Shown in pieces: positions 47,968 to 59,100 of a stretch of 64,000 nucleotides of DNA (position 1 is its first letter; each line of letters starts with the position of its first letter). The position numbers were made by a program, and so were the translations under genes. This stretch comes from an uncultured Chloroflexia bacterium (lineage in GTDB: Bacteria > Chloroflexota > Limnocylindria > Limnocylindrales > CSP1-4). The stretch spans positions 544,001-608,000 of the forward strand of contig CAVQJC010000020.1 of the NCBI GenBank assembly GCA_963712745.1, in the 5' to 3' direction. The notes under the pieces were generated by a model. The model was not told where the DNA came from, did no database searches, and saw nothing but the letters and a program-made list of their open reading frames with translations.

Positions 47968-48714
47968 CTAGGCGGGCGAACTACCCCGGGGGCCGGCCAT
48001 CTCCTCGTCGAGGCCAGGGTTCATGTAGGAGTCGGCCGTGATAGCCGCCGACATGTCCGCGATGGTCCTGGTCTGGTAGATCGCTCCAGCGAAGGCCAGG
48101 GCGATGCCGATGATGATCCAGATCCAACCGAGCTCGACGTTCACGAGTTCTCCGGTGTCAGGGTGCACGTACTTGCCGAGGCCACCGAGAAGGCCGGTGT
48201 CAAGCGCAGAGACCGGCACCAACCCGAGTCCTACGACGATCCCGGCGATCGTTGCCATCGCTCCCGAGATCGCAGTCGCCACGATGACCAGCACCGCGGG
48301 CATCCGCAGCAGGAAGAAGCCCACCGCGAAGAGAGCGCCTCCGGCGAGTGCGAGGATGAATGCGAAGAGGCCGGTAGCCTCGAAGCCGATCCACTGGAGC
48401 AGCCCGATCGTCAACTGATAGCCAAGCGCGCCTCCAAGCAGGATGACAGCCACCCAGTAGTACAGGTACGAGAGCACGGCGAAGAGCAAGCCCAGCAGGA
48501 AGCCGACCACCCAGCTCAACACCGTGGATAGGAATGCATCTCCGAAGATGGCCTGGACGCCGTTCGCCCCGAGGATGAACCCGGCAAAGAACCCCCAGAT
48601 CGGCAGCAGGATCAGGAAGACCCTGAAGCCCCAGAAGGAGAATGCGAGGCCGATGGCGATCGCCAGCAGGCCCACCAAGAGGCTCTCCCATGAGAAGAAC
48701 TCGAACAGTTCCAT
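47968..48714 (-). CDS. DUF4203 membrane protein (paralogue of 46771-47475)
   Basis: GFRVF..LLPIWGF and FGDAFL.TVL.W, near-identical to the paralogue. GGAGAG RBS before ATG 48714. Confidence 0.78.
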   Translation of the reverse strand: MELFEFFSWESLLVGLLAIAIGLAFSFWGFRVFLILLPIWGFFAGFILGANGVQAIFGDAFLSTVLSWVVGFLLGLLFAVLSYLYYWVAVILLGGALGYQLTIGLLQWIGFEATGLFAFILALAGGALFAVGFFLLRMPAVLVIVATAISGAMATIAGIVVGLGLVPVSALDTGLLGGLGKYVHPDTGELVNVELGWIWIIIGIALAFAGAIYQTRTIADMSAAITADSYMNPGLDEEMAGPRGSSPA

Positions 48715-48845
48715 GTCGTCTCTCCCACTCCTGACACTTGCTATAGCCGGGGCACGTGATGAATAGCCTAGCGCGCGATCGCACGCTGGGAAACACACAT
48801 CTGCGCCGTACCGCACGTCCGACGCGGCCCGCCATCAGGGTCGGC

Positions 48846-50194
48846 TCAGGCGACGGCCTCCCGGGTCGTGTCTTTCGGCCACTTCCGCTCGAGCAGGCCA
48901 CGCAGGCGCTCCTGCGCCTCGGGCAGCGGGATGCGGGCCACGACCGGCTCCAGGAAGCCGAGCACGATGGCCTTGCGCGCATCGTCGCGCGAGAGGCCGC
49001 GGCTCATGAGGTAGAACACCTGGTTCTCGTCGATGGGGCCGACCGACGAGCTGTGCATCGCGCGACGGCAGTCGGGCTGGTCGATCTCCAGCGACGGGAT
49101 CGTGACCGACCGCGCCGAGCGCTCCAGCAGCATGCTGAACTCGCCCAGGAAGCTGTCTGTGCCACGCCCGCTGTGGGGGATGTCGATGAGGCCCTTGATG
49201 TAGCCGCGAGCCTTGCCCGTGAAGACGCCCTTGCTCAGCAGGTCGCTGGTGGTGTCCTCGCCGAGGTGGCGCGTGTAGGAGGTCAGGTCGAAGAGCTGAC
49301 GACCGTCACCAAAGCCGATCTCCACCTGGGAGACCGACGAGCCGCGGCCCTCGAGCAGGTTCTCGATGCGGCTGCGATGGAGGCGGCTGCCCACGCTGGC
49401 GATGGCCCAGTTGATGGTGGCGTCGCGGCCCACGCGCGACTGGCGTGAGACGAAGGCGGCCGTGGCCGGCCCAAAGTCCTGCTCGCCGCCGAAGTCGAGC
49501 GTGGCACCGGCGTCGAGGGTGATCTCGGTGGTGCCCCACCAGATGGAGTCGGCGCGAGCGCCCGGCTCGCGCGCAGCCTCCGACGAAGCCACCTGCTCCT
49601 CGAAGATCGAGGCATGCGCGTTCTTGCCGAGGGAGATGACCGTGCGGCTCACGAGCCCGAAGCCCGGAGCACCGGCCGACCAGCGCAGCACGATGGGTGC
49701 CTCCAGGTCGACGCCGGCCGGCACGTGGATGAACAGGCCCAGCGAGTTGAAGGCCCGGGCGACCTGGCCGAAGGCGTCGTCGTGGGGGAGCGAGCCGCCG
49801 CCCTCGATGAGTTCGCGCACCAGCTCCGGCCTGTCGCGCGCGACCTCGGCCAGCGAGCTGATGATCACGCCCTTGTCGCGAGCCTCTGCCGAGAGTGCGC
49901 AGCCGATGACCGCGCGCTCGTCCACGTGGACCAGGGCGGCTGCCCCGTGGGGCAGCTCGGCGTCGGCGAGACAGTCGGCTGCAGGTGTCGGCGGGTAGGG
50001 CTCGACCGCGGTGAAGTCGACCGCGCGCAGGTCGACGTACAGAGTGAACAGCTCGTTCGGCTCGACCGGCAGCTCGGCGACGCGCTCGAGGGCGGCCAGT
50101 CGGTCAGCCGTCAGCCACTCGGGCTCACCGAGCGCGCGCGACGTGCCGCGGACGTGGGCCGCGGTGGCCCAGGACAGGTTCAGTGGGGCGACAC

Positions 50195-50198
<4 letters not shown>
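48846..50198 (-). CDS. sufD: Fe-S cluster assembly protein SufD
   Basis: Beta-helix region, IPSLEI...HSSSVG.IDE.QVFYLMSRGL; overlaps the sufB stop. Confidence 0.88.
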
Positions 50199-51595
<1,397 letters not shown>

Positions 51596-51720
51596 GTGGC
51601 CTCCTGGAGGCATCGGAGTCGGGTTTGCCGACCGCCGTGGCGGGCGCTTGGGGGTCCGCTCGGGCGGTCCGCCGGGGCCGACCGAAGCGGTTCGATGATC
51701 GCGATCGGCCTGACCGTCGC

Positions 51721-51747
51721 TAATCCTGACCTATTCTATCGGAATTA
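51721..51747. promoter_or_regulatory. Rrf2/IscR type-1-like operator upstream of sufB
   Basis: AT-rich imperfect palindrome TAATCCTGAC-CTATTCT-ATCGGAATTA (GAC-N7-RTC geometry) about 125 bp upstream of sufB. Confidence 0.6.
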
Positions 51748-51776
51748 ACCCCGATCGCGCCAGCCCCAGTCCTCCC

Positions 51777-51899
51777 AAGGCGCCAGCCCTGCCCTGCGAG
51801 GACGCCAGCCCTCCCCTGCCAAGGCGCCGGCCCCTGCCCTGCGAGGACGCCAGCCTCTGCCCCCGTGAAGGCGCCGGCCCCTGCCCTGCGAGGACGCCA
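51777..51899. repeat. Tandem repeat, about 44-47 bp x 3
   Basis: AAGGCGCCRG...CCTGCCCTGCGAGGACGCCA at 51777, 51821 and 51868. Confidence 0.85.
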
Positions 51900-52218
51900 C
51901 GCAGCCATCGACCGATCGTCGCTCAGCGGGACAGCACGACCAGGGGGGCGCCGGATCTGCGAGTTCCGTGCACCCGGTGAGCAGGGTCGCCAGTACCGAC
52001 CGCCTGGTGCAAAGAATCAGCAGACTCGAGCGGAATCACGTCGTGATGTCCCGCTCAACGGCAAGGCGGACCCGAGCAGCGGGCCGACCCGAAGATGCAG
52101 GCCGGACAACGCGACCGACCACCCGATAGCCGTCTGCGCCGTGGCCCGACCGGGTCGCGGCGCAGTACTTCTTGGGCCACGCTCCGCGGCGCGTCGGCGA
52201 AGCCTTTGTACAGCGCAA

Positions 52219-52410
52219 GCGCGACGGTCAGCGCAGTGCGGGCGCGACGGTCAGCGCAGTGCGGGCGCGACGGTCAGCGCAGTGCGGGCGCGGCGGTCAG
52301 CGCAGTGCGGGCGCGGCGGTCAGCGCAGTGCGGGCGCGGCGGTCAGCGCAGTGCGGGCGCGACGGTCAGCGCAGTGCGGGCGCGACGGTCAGCGCAGCGC
52401 AAGCGCGACG
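52219..52410. repeat. Tandem repeat, 23 bp x 8
   Basis: GCGCGRCGGTCAGCGCAGTGCGG from 52219 at a 23-bp period, bounded on both sides by CAGCGCAAGCGCGACG. Confidence 0.95.
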
Positions 52411-52508
52411 ATGAAGACCACCAGGAGCACGGCCCAGACCACGCCGAGTACGACGACCGTCCACTCGCCACATCCCTGTGGGCCGCGCAGGCGCCCCTCG
52501 TCCGACAC
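52389..52508 (-). CDS. Unannotated 39-aa single-TM protein, possibly Flp/pilin-like
   Basis: MSDEGRLRGPQGCGEWTVVVLGVVWAVLLVVFIVALALR*; GTG start 38 nt after the tadG stop; high GC3. Confidence 0.55.
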   Translation of the reverse strand: MSDEGRLRGPQGCGEWTVVVLGVVWAVLLVVFIVALALR

Positions 52509-52546
52509 CTGCCTGGTTCAGAACGAGGTGGACAGGTTGGCGGCGC

Positions 52547-54925
52547 TCAGGGCTGGACCAGGTGCACGGGGTTGCCGATGAGGTTCACCTTCCAGGTCGT
52601 GACGTCGTTGGAGGTGCCATTGCCGGTCATCCGATAGCGGATGCGCCACCAGCCGTCCTGATAGGCCTCGTAGTCGGCCGGGATTGCCGCGCGCATGGTG
52701 AGCCAGCATCCGTTGAAGGTCCCGTTGGTGCTGCCCACGTTCGTCGTCACGATGTCCGTTCCGCCGGGCGGGCTTTGTGCCGAGTTGCAGCTCGCCGCGG
52801 CCGAGTGGGACGTACCCCGCGAGGCCGTGTAGCTGAACCTGGTGGGCACCCAGCCGGTCTGCGTGGGGATGAGGATCTGCAAGCGGGCCTCGAGGGGCCG
52901 GGTATCACCGGGATCCCAGAGCTGGATCTCGAGTGTCTTGCCCTTGTGAGCGGCCTCGATCTGGGCCAGGAAGAACTCCGATACCTGCTCGCCACCGCTG
53001 GCGGTGAGTGGCGTGAAGGCCTGCATCGCGCCCAATCCGTAGACCCTGGGCTCACCCAGGCTGGACTCCACGAAGATGGCGAAGCTGTTCTCACCATCGG
53101 TGCCCAGCTGGTCGTTGGGAGCGGCAGGATCGGTGGAGGAGGTGTGAAGGCGGTAGACGCGGCCCTTCGAGCCGCCACTCAGGTTGTCGTACAGGCGATA
53201 CCAGCGATTGTGATAGTCGCGGCCGTCGCCGTATAGCGCGTCGGTCCGATACAGGCACTCGTCGCCGCTGGTGCCGCCTGACATGGTCGAGTCGCTGGCA
53301 TGGATGCCCCGGAAGAGATCCTCGTCCCCGGCGACTGGGAGACCGTCGTCCGAGTAGTCGTAGAGGGTGTCCCGGGTGTCGTAGAGCGTATAGAAGGTGC
53401 TGACCGACCGACTCTGGCCAGAGCTGAACCAGCGATCGCCGGTGCCTTTTGCGGTCCCGACCGCACAGTGCTGCGGATCATAGATGTAGACCGAGCCCGT
53501 CGCGAGGGGCGGGATCTCGATGGCGTAGTTGTAGTAGGTATCGGCGTCGTAGCAGGCCATGCCATCGGCGGGGCACTCCAGACTGGTCGTCGACGTCCTC
53601 CGATCGTAGCCTGGCTGGTGGGCGTCTCCGTTGACGTTCTCGGCACCCTGGGTGTTGAGCGTGCCCCAGAACCCTCGCGGATTGAGATCGTCGCCGTCGG
53701 CCTCGAAACAATCCGCCTTGCCCGTGGTGCACGCGTTCCCCGGGCCCTTCAGTGGAAGGTCCCCGAGGTTCGTGGTGACGTCCTGCGTCGTTGTGTAGCT
53801 GTAGTCCCAAGTGATGCGGACCTCGGCCTCGTCGACGCGGAAGGTCTTGGACCCCGTGCAACCCTCAGTTGCTGTCAGGCGCATCCGGAAGTTCGCGTCT
53901 GAGAATTCGTCGCGGGTCCAGGAATGGCTGCCCCAGTCGCTCGTGTTGGAGGCGTTCCCGAGCGTGTAGGCGTTGTTGAATCCCGTATCGAGGTTCGGGG
54001 TCTCCACCAGGTCGCTCCAGGACCCGGGTACACCGCCCTGCCAGGAGAGCTCGACGCCGACCCGCGCGCTGCCGCCCGAGCAGCTCGAGTTGATGAAGAC
54101 GTCGGACAGTCGGACCTCGATCCCGGCGATGCTGAGCGACTCGCCCGCACCCGGCGTGGGCATGCCGCCCTGGGCGTTGATCCCAGACCACACGTGCTGG
54201 GCGCCGTTCGAGCTCGCGAGAGCGTTGCTGCCGTCATCGTTGTAGAGCGCGTAGTTCAGGCTGCCGGAGGAGGGGCTCCAGTCCCCGCCGTCGTGCGCAG
54301 TCGGAGAACGCCAAGGGCTCGAGTTGCGATCGGCAGTCGGCACCTCCTCGGTGGCCGTAGAGGTCAGGCCGCGAGCCAGGCCGAAGGCGCCGTAGTAGTT
54401 CTCCGGGCTGCCCATGGGCACAGGCAGCACGAACTCCGCCGCGCTGGTGACGCCGACGTCGACGGTCTTGAGACAGGGCCCGCCGTCCCAGCAGAAGACC
54501 CGAGCGAAGTTGGTCTGGACAGGACCCTGGATGTCGACGATCAGCTTGCGGTCATTACGGGGCGTGTTGTCATCGCGCCGCGGCGTCACGATGACGCCGT
54601 CGACACCGTTCGTGAAGCCGTTCTTCTCGGCCTCGTCCAGGGCCGCCGCGAAGGCGCGGGACTCGTTGTTCGGGAGATAGACAGCGCCGGCGAGCGATGC
54701 CGCATCCGCAGCGCGTTGCGCCTTCAGTTCCACGGTCCACCACCAGGCAACGTCGGTGAGCAACGCCGCACCGCCGATGAGCACCACCGACATGATGGCG
54801 AAGATGGGTAGCACCTGACCCAGCTGGCGCCTGCGAGACTTCTGGCTCGCGTCGCTCGTCTGGCTCATGGCATCGGACCGGTCTCGCCGCCTCGCGATGG
54901 CTCTGAGGATGGTGTTCGGGCGCAT
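52547..54925 (-). CDS. tadG: TadG-like Flp pilus-assembly protein with a large extracellular domain
   Basis: GQVLPIF-hydrophobic-DV...AQRAADAASLAGA Tad motif; AGGAG RBS. Confidence 0.8.
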   Translation of the reverse strand: MRPNTILRAIARRRDRSDAMSQTSDASQKSRRRQLGQVLPIFAIMSVVLIGGAALLTDVAWWWTVELKAQRAADAASLAGAVYLPNNESRAFAAALDEAEKNGFTNGVDGVIVTPRRDDNTPRNDRKLIVDIQGPVQTNFARVFCWDGGPCLKTVDVGVTSAAEFVLPVPMGSPENYYGAFGLARGLTSTATEEVPTADRNSSPWRSPTAHDGGDWSPSSGSLNYALYNDDGSNALASSNGAQHVWSGINAQGGMPTPGAGESLSIAGIEVRLSDVFINSSCSGGSARVGVELSWQGGVPGSWSDLVETPNLDTGFNNAYTLGNASNTSDWGSHSWTRDEFSDANFRMRLTATEGCTGSKTFRVDEAEVRITWDYSYTTTQDVTTNLGDLPLKGPGNACTTGKADCFEADGDDLNPRGFWGTLNTQGAENVNGDAHQPGYDRRTSTTSLECPADGMACYDADTYYNYAIEIPPLATGSVYIYDPQHCAVGTAKGTGDRWFSSGQSRSVSTFYTLYDTRDTLYDYSDDGLPVAGDEDLFRGIHASDSTMSGGTSGDECLYRTDALYGDGRDYHNRWYRLYDNLSGGSKGRVYRLHTSSTDPAAPNDQLGTDGENSFAIFVESSLGEPRVYGLGAMQAFTPLTASGGEQVSEFFLAQIEAAHKGKTLEIQLWDPGDTRPLEARLQILIPTQTGWVPTRFSYTASRGTSHSAAASCNSAQSPPGGTDIVTTNVGSTNGTFNGCWLTMRAAIPADYEAYQDGWWRIRYRMTGNGTSNDVTTWKVNLIGNPVHLVQP

Positions 54926-54933
54926 CGGGGCTC

Positions 54934-55566
54934 CTAACTCGACGGATTCAGGGCCATGACGGTTGTCTCCTTGAGGGGCATCTGCAGGCGCCCTCCAGAG
55001 ATCGCATTAGCTAGCGCGGCCACGGGCATGACGAAGTTGTAGGTGTAGCCGACGGAAACCCCGATGGAGTCAGGGAACGCACCGGTGTTGTCACGGCTGC
55101 ATACGGGCCACGATTGTCTCGACGGGTCCGGGCCGAAGACGATCAGCTCGGTGCCGGCTCCGGGATCGACGTCGGTCGGGCCGAAGTTCCGATGCCAGAC
55201 ATTCACCGGTCCGGCCTCCGCGCCGGAGTCAGTGGCCTTGAAGATGCGGATCTCCTCTACCTGGGCAAGCCTGACTCCCGAATCCGGCGACTGAAGGATG
55301 CGCTGCACGGCCGCGACCAGGGTGGCGTCGACGCCAGACGGGTCGTCGGGCTGGCCGGGCCCGCAGAGCGCGGGGTCCCCGCGTGCGAGCGCAGAGCCGA
55401 CCCGGGCACCTTCTCGGGACCCGTACACCAGCGACTGGACGTTGCCGTAGACCACGCCCAACTCGGCCACGCTGACCACCAGTAGTAGCACGATGGGCAG
55501 GACCAGGGTGGCCTCGACCAGGGCCTGACCGCGCTCGCCCTCAGGACGTCGCGAGAAGAACCTCAT
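54934..55566 (-). CDS. tadE: TadE-like pseudopilin
   Basis: ERGQALVEATLVLP...SREGAR motif. Confidence 0.85.
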   Translation of the reverse strand: MRFFSRRPEGERGQALVEATLVLPIVLLLVVSVAELGVVYGNVQSLVYGSREGARVGSALARGDPALCGPGQPDDPSGVDATLVAAVQRILQSPDSGVRLAQVEEIRIFKATDSGAEAGPVNVWHRNFGPTDVDPGAGTELIVFGPDPSRQSWPVCSRDNTGAFPDSIGVSVGYTYNFVMPVAALANAISGGRLQMPLKETTVMALNPSS

Positions 55567-56216
55567 AGCACCGGCTCGATTCGGAACACGTTGCGCTGGA
55601 CCATCATCCAGCCGGTGTCGTTGCCGGCGAAGATGTTGAAGATGGAGTCGAGGGGCGTCACCCAGCGGTGGCGATAGCGGACGGTGACCGCGATGTTGTC
55701 CACGGTGGAGCGCTCCGGTGTGAACGGCGGATCAGGACAGCCCTTCAGCACGTTGCAGCGTTGCTCCTCGGGGTATTCCGGAAGGCCCGCCACGCCGGGG
55801 TTCTCGAGCCTGTAGGGGACATCGACATCGGTCCCGTCGGGCAGGGTGCAAGGGGTTCTCAGGCCGTCGATACGCTCCCACTTCTGTTGCGCGAGGGACA
55901 ACGCGCCGGACTTGGTGGACCGCCCGATGACCACGTGCTGGATCCTGTGGGGGTCGGTGGGCGCGTAGATGTCCTTCTCGACCTCGGTAAGGACCAGGCA
56001 GTCCGCGCCAGCCTGATTGCCCATGATGGCCGCGATGTGCGCGCCGTTCTGCGAGGCGCGGTTCACTGCCATGTAGGCGTTGAACAGCAACGAGATCTCG
56101 ATCAGCGCCATGAAGAGGAAGATGAGGATGGGGATGACCAGCGCGAACTCGACCAGGGTCTGCCCGGAATCGCGTGAGCGACCGGGCCCCCCCTGGTCTT
56201 CGGTTCTGCGAGGCAT
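55563..56216 (-). CDS. tadE: TadE-like pseudopilin
   Basis: SGQTLVEFALVIP...RASQNGA motif; ATGA overlap with the next gene. Confidence 0.85.
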   Translation of the reverse strand: MPRRTEDQGGPGRSRDSGQTLVEFALVIPILIFLFMALIEISLLFNAYMAVNRASQNGAHIAAIMGNQAGADCLVLTEVEKDIYAPTDPHRIQHVVIGRSTKSGALSLAQQKWERIDGLRTPCTLPDGTDVDVPYRLENPGVAGLPEYPEEQRCNVLKGCPDPPFTPERSTVDNIAVTVRYRHRWVTPLDSIFNIFAGNDTGWMMVQRNVFRIEPVL

Positions 56217-56537
56217 GTCGGGCACTGACAGCCACCTTTCGATCGGAGCGCGAAGTCCGGGTCGCCTACCGGTACCAAAGGACCGGTGGCATGACGACCG
56301 GGCCATCTAACGATGAGGACTTCCGGATTTCAATAGAACTATCGGGGGATGGCGCACTGTCTGGTGACCCATCGCAACGACGAATCCAGCCGAGTCCGGA
56401 GGATGTCTGCACCGGATGTCCCCCGACGGCACCGCACCGGTCACAAGCGCCCACATGCCCTCATCCCGCCTCCGTCGAGCGTCGATCGACCCGCCGATCG
56501 AGGGCGCGGCCTTGTTCGCGTTGTCCAGGCGCGTGGC

Positions 56538-57926
56538 CTACGGTTCGAAGAAGCCTTCCACCTGGGTCACTTCGACGATCGTGGGCGTCTCACCGGCCAC
56601 CGTCAGCTCGTAGGTGCCGGGACCGTCGGCGTCGGCCAGTCGCGTGCAGAAGTCGTCGAACGGCGAGCGGGTGACGTCCTGCCCGTCGATACGGGTCACC
56701 TCCGCCCCGAGCTCGAGGTCCTCGTTGCCGGGCCAGCCCTCGAGATAGGCGCCGATCACGTAGCCCTCGTCCCAACCGAGCGACACCGAGGCGGGGTCAG
56801 GGGGTGCGGGCGCATCGTCGATCGGGTCGAGGTACAGCGCGTCCTCAACCCAGTCGATGGTCAGCACGAAGTGGCGTAGGAGATCGGTGCCCGCGTCGCC
56901 CCGTCCCTGGGGTAGCAGCTCCGACGTCGCGAGCGGCAGGCGCAGTTCGCTGGCCGCTCCCGCCTGACCGAACCCCAGGTCCGCGGCGGTCCAACGGACC
57001 CGCGTGCCGACCGGGCCGCCCGCGGTGGTGGCCAGCACGGCCGACGCAGGGGCGTCACCCGGGAGGGCCAGGCCGACGCCCTCGAGGTCCGCGGGGTTGA
57101 CCGTCAGCCAGCCGTCTGAGCCGGTATCGAGCAGGAATGCCAGGAAGCCCTCCGCCGCACGCAGCTCGAAAAGCGGTGAGGGCGAGGTGTCCGAGGCGCG
57201 GGTGAAGTCGAGCCGGATGGCGCCGTCGATGTGGTCCAGGTCCGCGGTCGAGCCAGCGATGGTGATGGTTCGCGCGGTCGGGTCGACCTGCCACACGGCG
57301 GTGCGCATGAGGCTGGCTCCGATGAACCCTTCATCGCTCAGGCAGTAGAACGGGTTGCCCGGCTCGATGGCGTCGACTACGGCCCCTGCGTCGCTGAATA
57401 GCGCGTCGCCGATGGCCAGGCGCGGCAACTGGACGACATCGCTGGTGATGACCTGTCCGTCCGCCGAGGCGGTGGAGACCGTGCCCGCCACACCGTCGGC
57501 GAAGACCTCGGCGATCTCCTGCGAGACGATGGTGGGCGCGCCCGTGTCGACGATCATGGGAACCGTCCGGCTGTCGTCCCCGAGCGTGACGTCGATGACG
57601 ATGGAGCCGGCGACCTCGCGGTACGGGACCGTCACGGGGAGGGTGTCCACGTCGACGGTCGTGCCGGCGAGCACCTCCGCACCGGCGTCCTGGTCCCCGC
57701 GGGCGATGAGGACGATGGCCGCGATGAGCCCCACAGCGATGGCGATGATGACCACCGGCACAGCCATGGAGGTCGACCAGCCGCTGGGCGGCTCGATGCC
57801 GACCGCGGTGGCGCCTTGCGCCGAGTCTGGCGGGCGCTCGGGCTGTGGCTCCGCCGCGTTCGGGCGCTCGGGCCGGTGCTCGGGCTGGAGCTCCGCCGGG
57901 TTCGGGCGCTCGGGCTCGTCAGGCAT
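56538..57926 (-). CDS. Membrane-anchored retropepsin-like aspartyl protease (two DTG lobes, PDZ-like tail)
   Basis: TM helix, IVDTGA, GFIGAS, LLDTGS and G.D.LRHF motifs; start overlaps the upstream GT87 stop. Confidence 0.8.
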   Translation of the reverse strand: MPDEPERPNPAELQPEHRPERPNAAEPQPERPPDSAQGATAVGIEPPSGWSTSMAVPVVIIAIAVGLIAAIVLIARGDQDAGAEVLAGTTVDVDTLPVTVPYREVAGSIVIDVTLGDDSRTVPMIVDTGAPTIVSQEIAEVFADGVAGTVSTASADGQVITSDVVQLPRLAIGDALFSDAGAVVDAIEPGNPFYCLSDEGFIGASLMRTAVWQVDPTARTITIAGSTADLDHIDGAIRLDFTRASDTSPSPLFELRAAEGFLAFLLDTGSDGWLTVNPADLEGVGLALPGDAPASAVLATTAGGPVGTRVRWTAADLGFGQAGAASELRLPLATSELLPQGRGDAGTDLLRHFVLTIDWVEDALYLDPIDDAPAPPDPASVSLGWDEGYVIGAYLEGWPGNEDLELGAEVTRIDGQDVTRSPFDDFCTRLADADGPGTYELTVAGETPTIVEVTQVEGFFEP

Positions 57927-59100
57927 GACTGGTGACGGGTTCAGGGGCGCCGCGATCACGCGGCCACAGCGAGTGTGCGGCGACAACGACCAGGACAGTG
58001 GCCCCGGCCAGGGCGAGTGGTTCCATCGTCATCGAGATCGACACCAGGCCCGCGGAGGCCACCAGCCCGACCCGAGCGGTGGTCCCGGCGCGCGGCCATG
58101 CCATCGCCGCGAACGGCAGAAGGACGACCAGGTAGTGGTACCAGAACTGTCCAGGCACGAGCAGCATCGCCACCGTTCCCATGAGGGCGGCTGCCGGATA
58201 GCCAGCTCGCCGTCGCGCCAGCCAGATGCTGGCCAGGACCGCCAGGCCGCCAGCCAAGAGAGCCGCGACGCGCACGGCCGTGACGACGAAGCCCGGCAGG
58301 CCGAGTTGGGCTGCGACGCTGGCGGGGGCCAAACTGGACGGGTGGTTGCCGGAGCCTCCAAGGAGGTTCATGAGCACGGTCGGGAACTCGAACCACGCTG
58401 CCGGCGCAAGGACGAACGAAACGCCCACGATGGCCAGCAACGAGATGGCCAGGGCCGCCCGTGCCCGGTGGCTCATGGCGACGACCGCGGGCACGAAGGC
58501 GACCGGGCTGACCTTGAGCAGCGCCATGGCCGCGGCGCTGACCCCGGCGGCCGTGCCGCCGAACGCGACCAACGTCGAGCCCAGTGCCACGAAGCCACTG
58601 ACATTGGCGAACCAGAGCGCCAGCCACGCGGGCAGGAACAGCAGGGTCGCGACCAGGCACCACAGGCCACGTTCCAGGCTGCGGGAGGACCCGCCCAGCC
58701 CGGCACCGAGCCAGGTGGCCGCGTACACCGACACGAACTGCAGGACGTACCACAGGCCTGAGGTGAGTGATTCAGGAAGTCGCGCCACAGGGGCGAGGGT
58801 CTGCGCCAGCGGCGGCGGGTACAGGTAGCCCCAGGTGCCGATCTCGATCGGCCCATTCAGGTGTGCGGGCAAGTACGGCGAGAAGCCGTCGAGGAGGCGC
58901 AGCGAGGCGTCTCGATAGGCGTTGAAGTCGGAGGCGTCCGCGCCGCTGTACCCGAGCGCCACGGTCCACAGCGCGAGGTGCACGAGGACCCCGACGACGG
59001 CCAGCACCAACGCCAGGACGAGTCTGAATCGAGGCGAACTCAGGGCACGCGGCCCCGGTCCTGGCGAGGCGGCCGACCGCCTCGCGATGCCGAAGTTCAC
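57919..59100 (-). CDS. Glycosyltransferase family 87 membrane protein
   Basis: SDFNAY, YLYPPPLAQ, ANVS, KVSP and WYHY motifs; GTGA overlap with the upstream gene. Confidence 0.85.
   Translation of the reverse strand: MNFGIARRSAASPGPGPRALSSPRFRLVLALVLAVVGVLVHLALWTVALGYSGADASDFNAYRDASLRLLDGFSPYLPAHLNGPIEIGTWGYLYPPPLAQTLAPVARLPESLTSGLWYVLQFVSVYAATWLGAGLGGSSRSLERGLWCLVATLLFLPAWLALWFANVSGFVALGSTLVAFGGTAAGVSAAAMALLKVSPVAFVPAVVAMSHRARAALAISLLAIVGVSFVLAPAAWFEFPTVLMNLLGGSGNHPSSLAPASVAAQLGLPGFVVTAVRVAALLAGGLAVLASIWLARRRAGYPAAALMGTVAMLLVPGQFWYHYLVVLLPFAAMAWPRAGTTARVGLVASAGLVSISMTMEPLALAGATVLVVVAAHSLWPRDRGAPEPVTSHA

Noticed and set aside
52219-52410. 23-bp x 8 array as CRISPR
   Set aside because: Head-to-tail repeats with no spacers.
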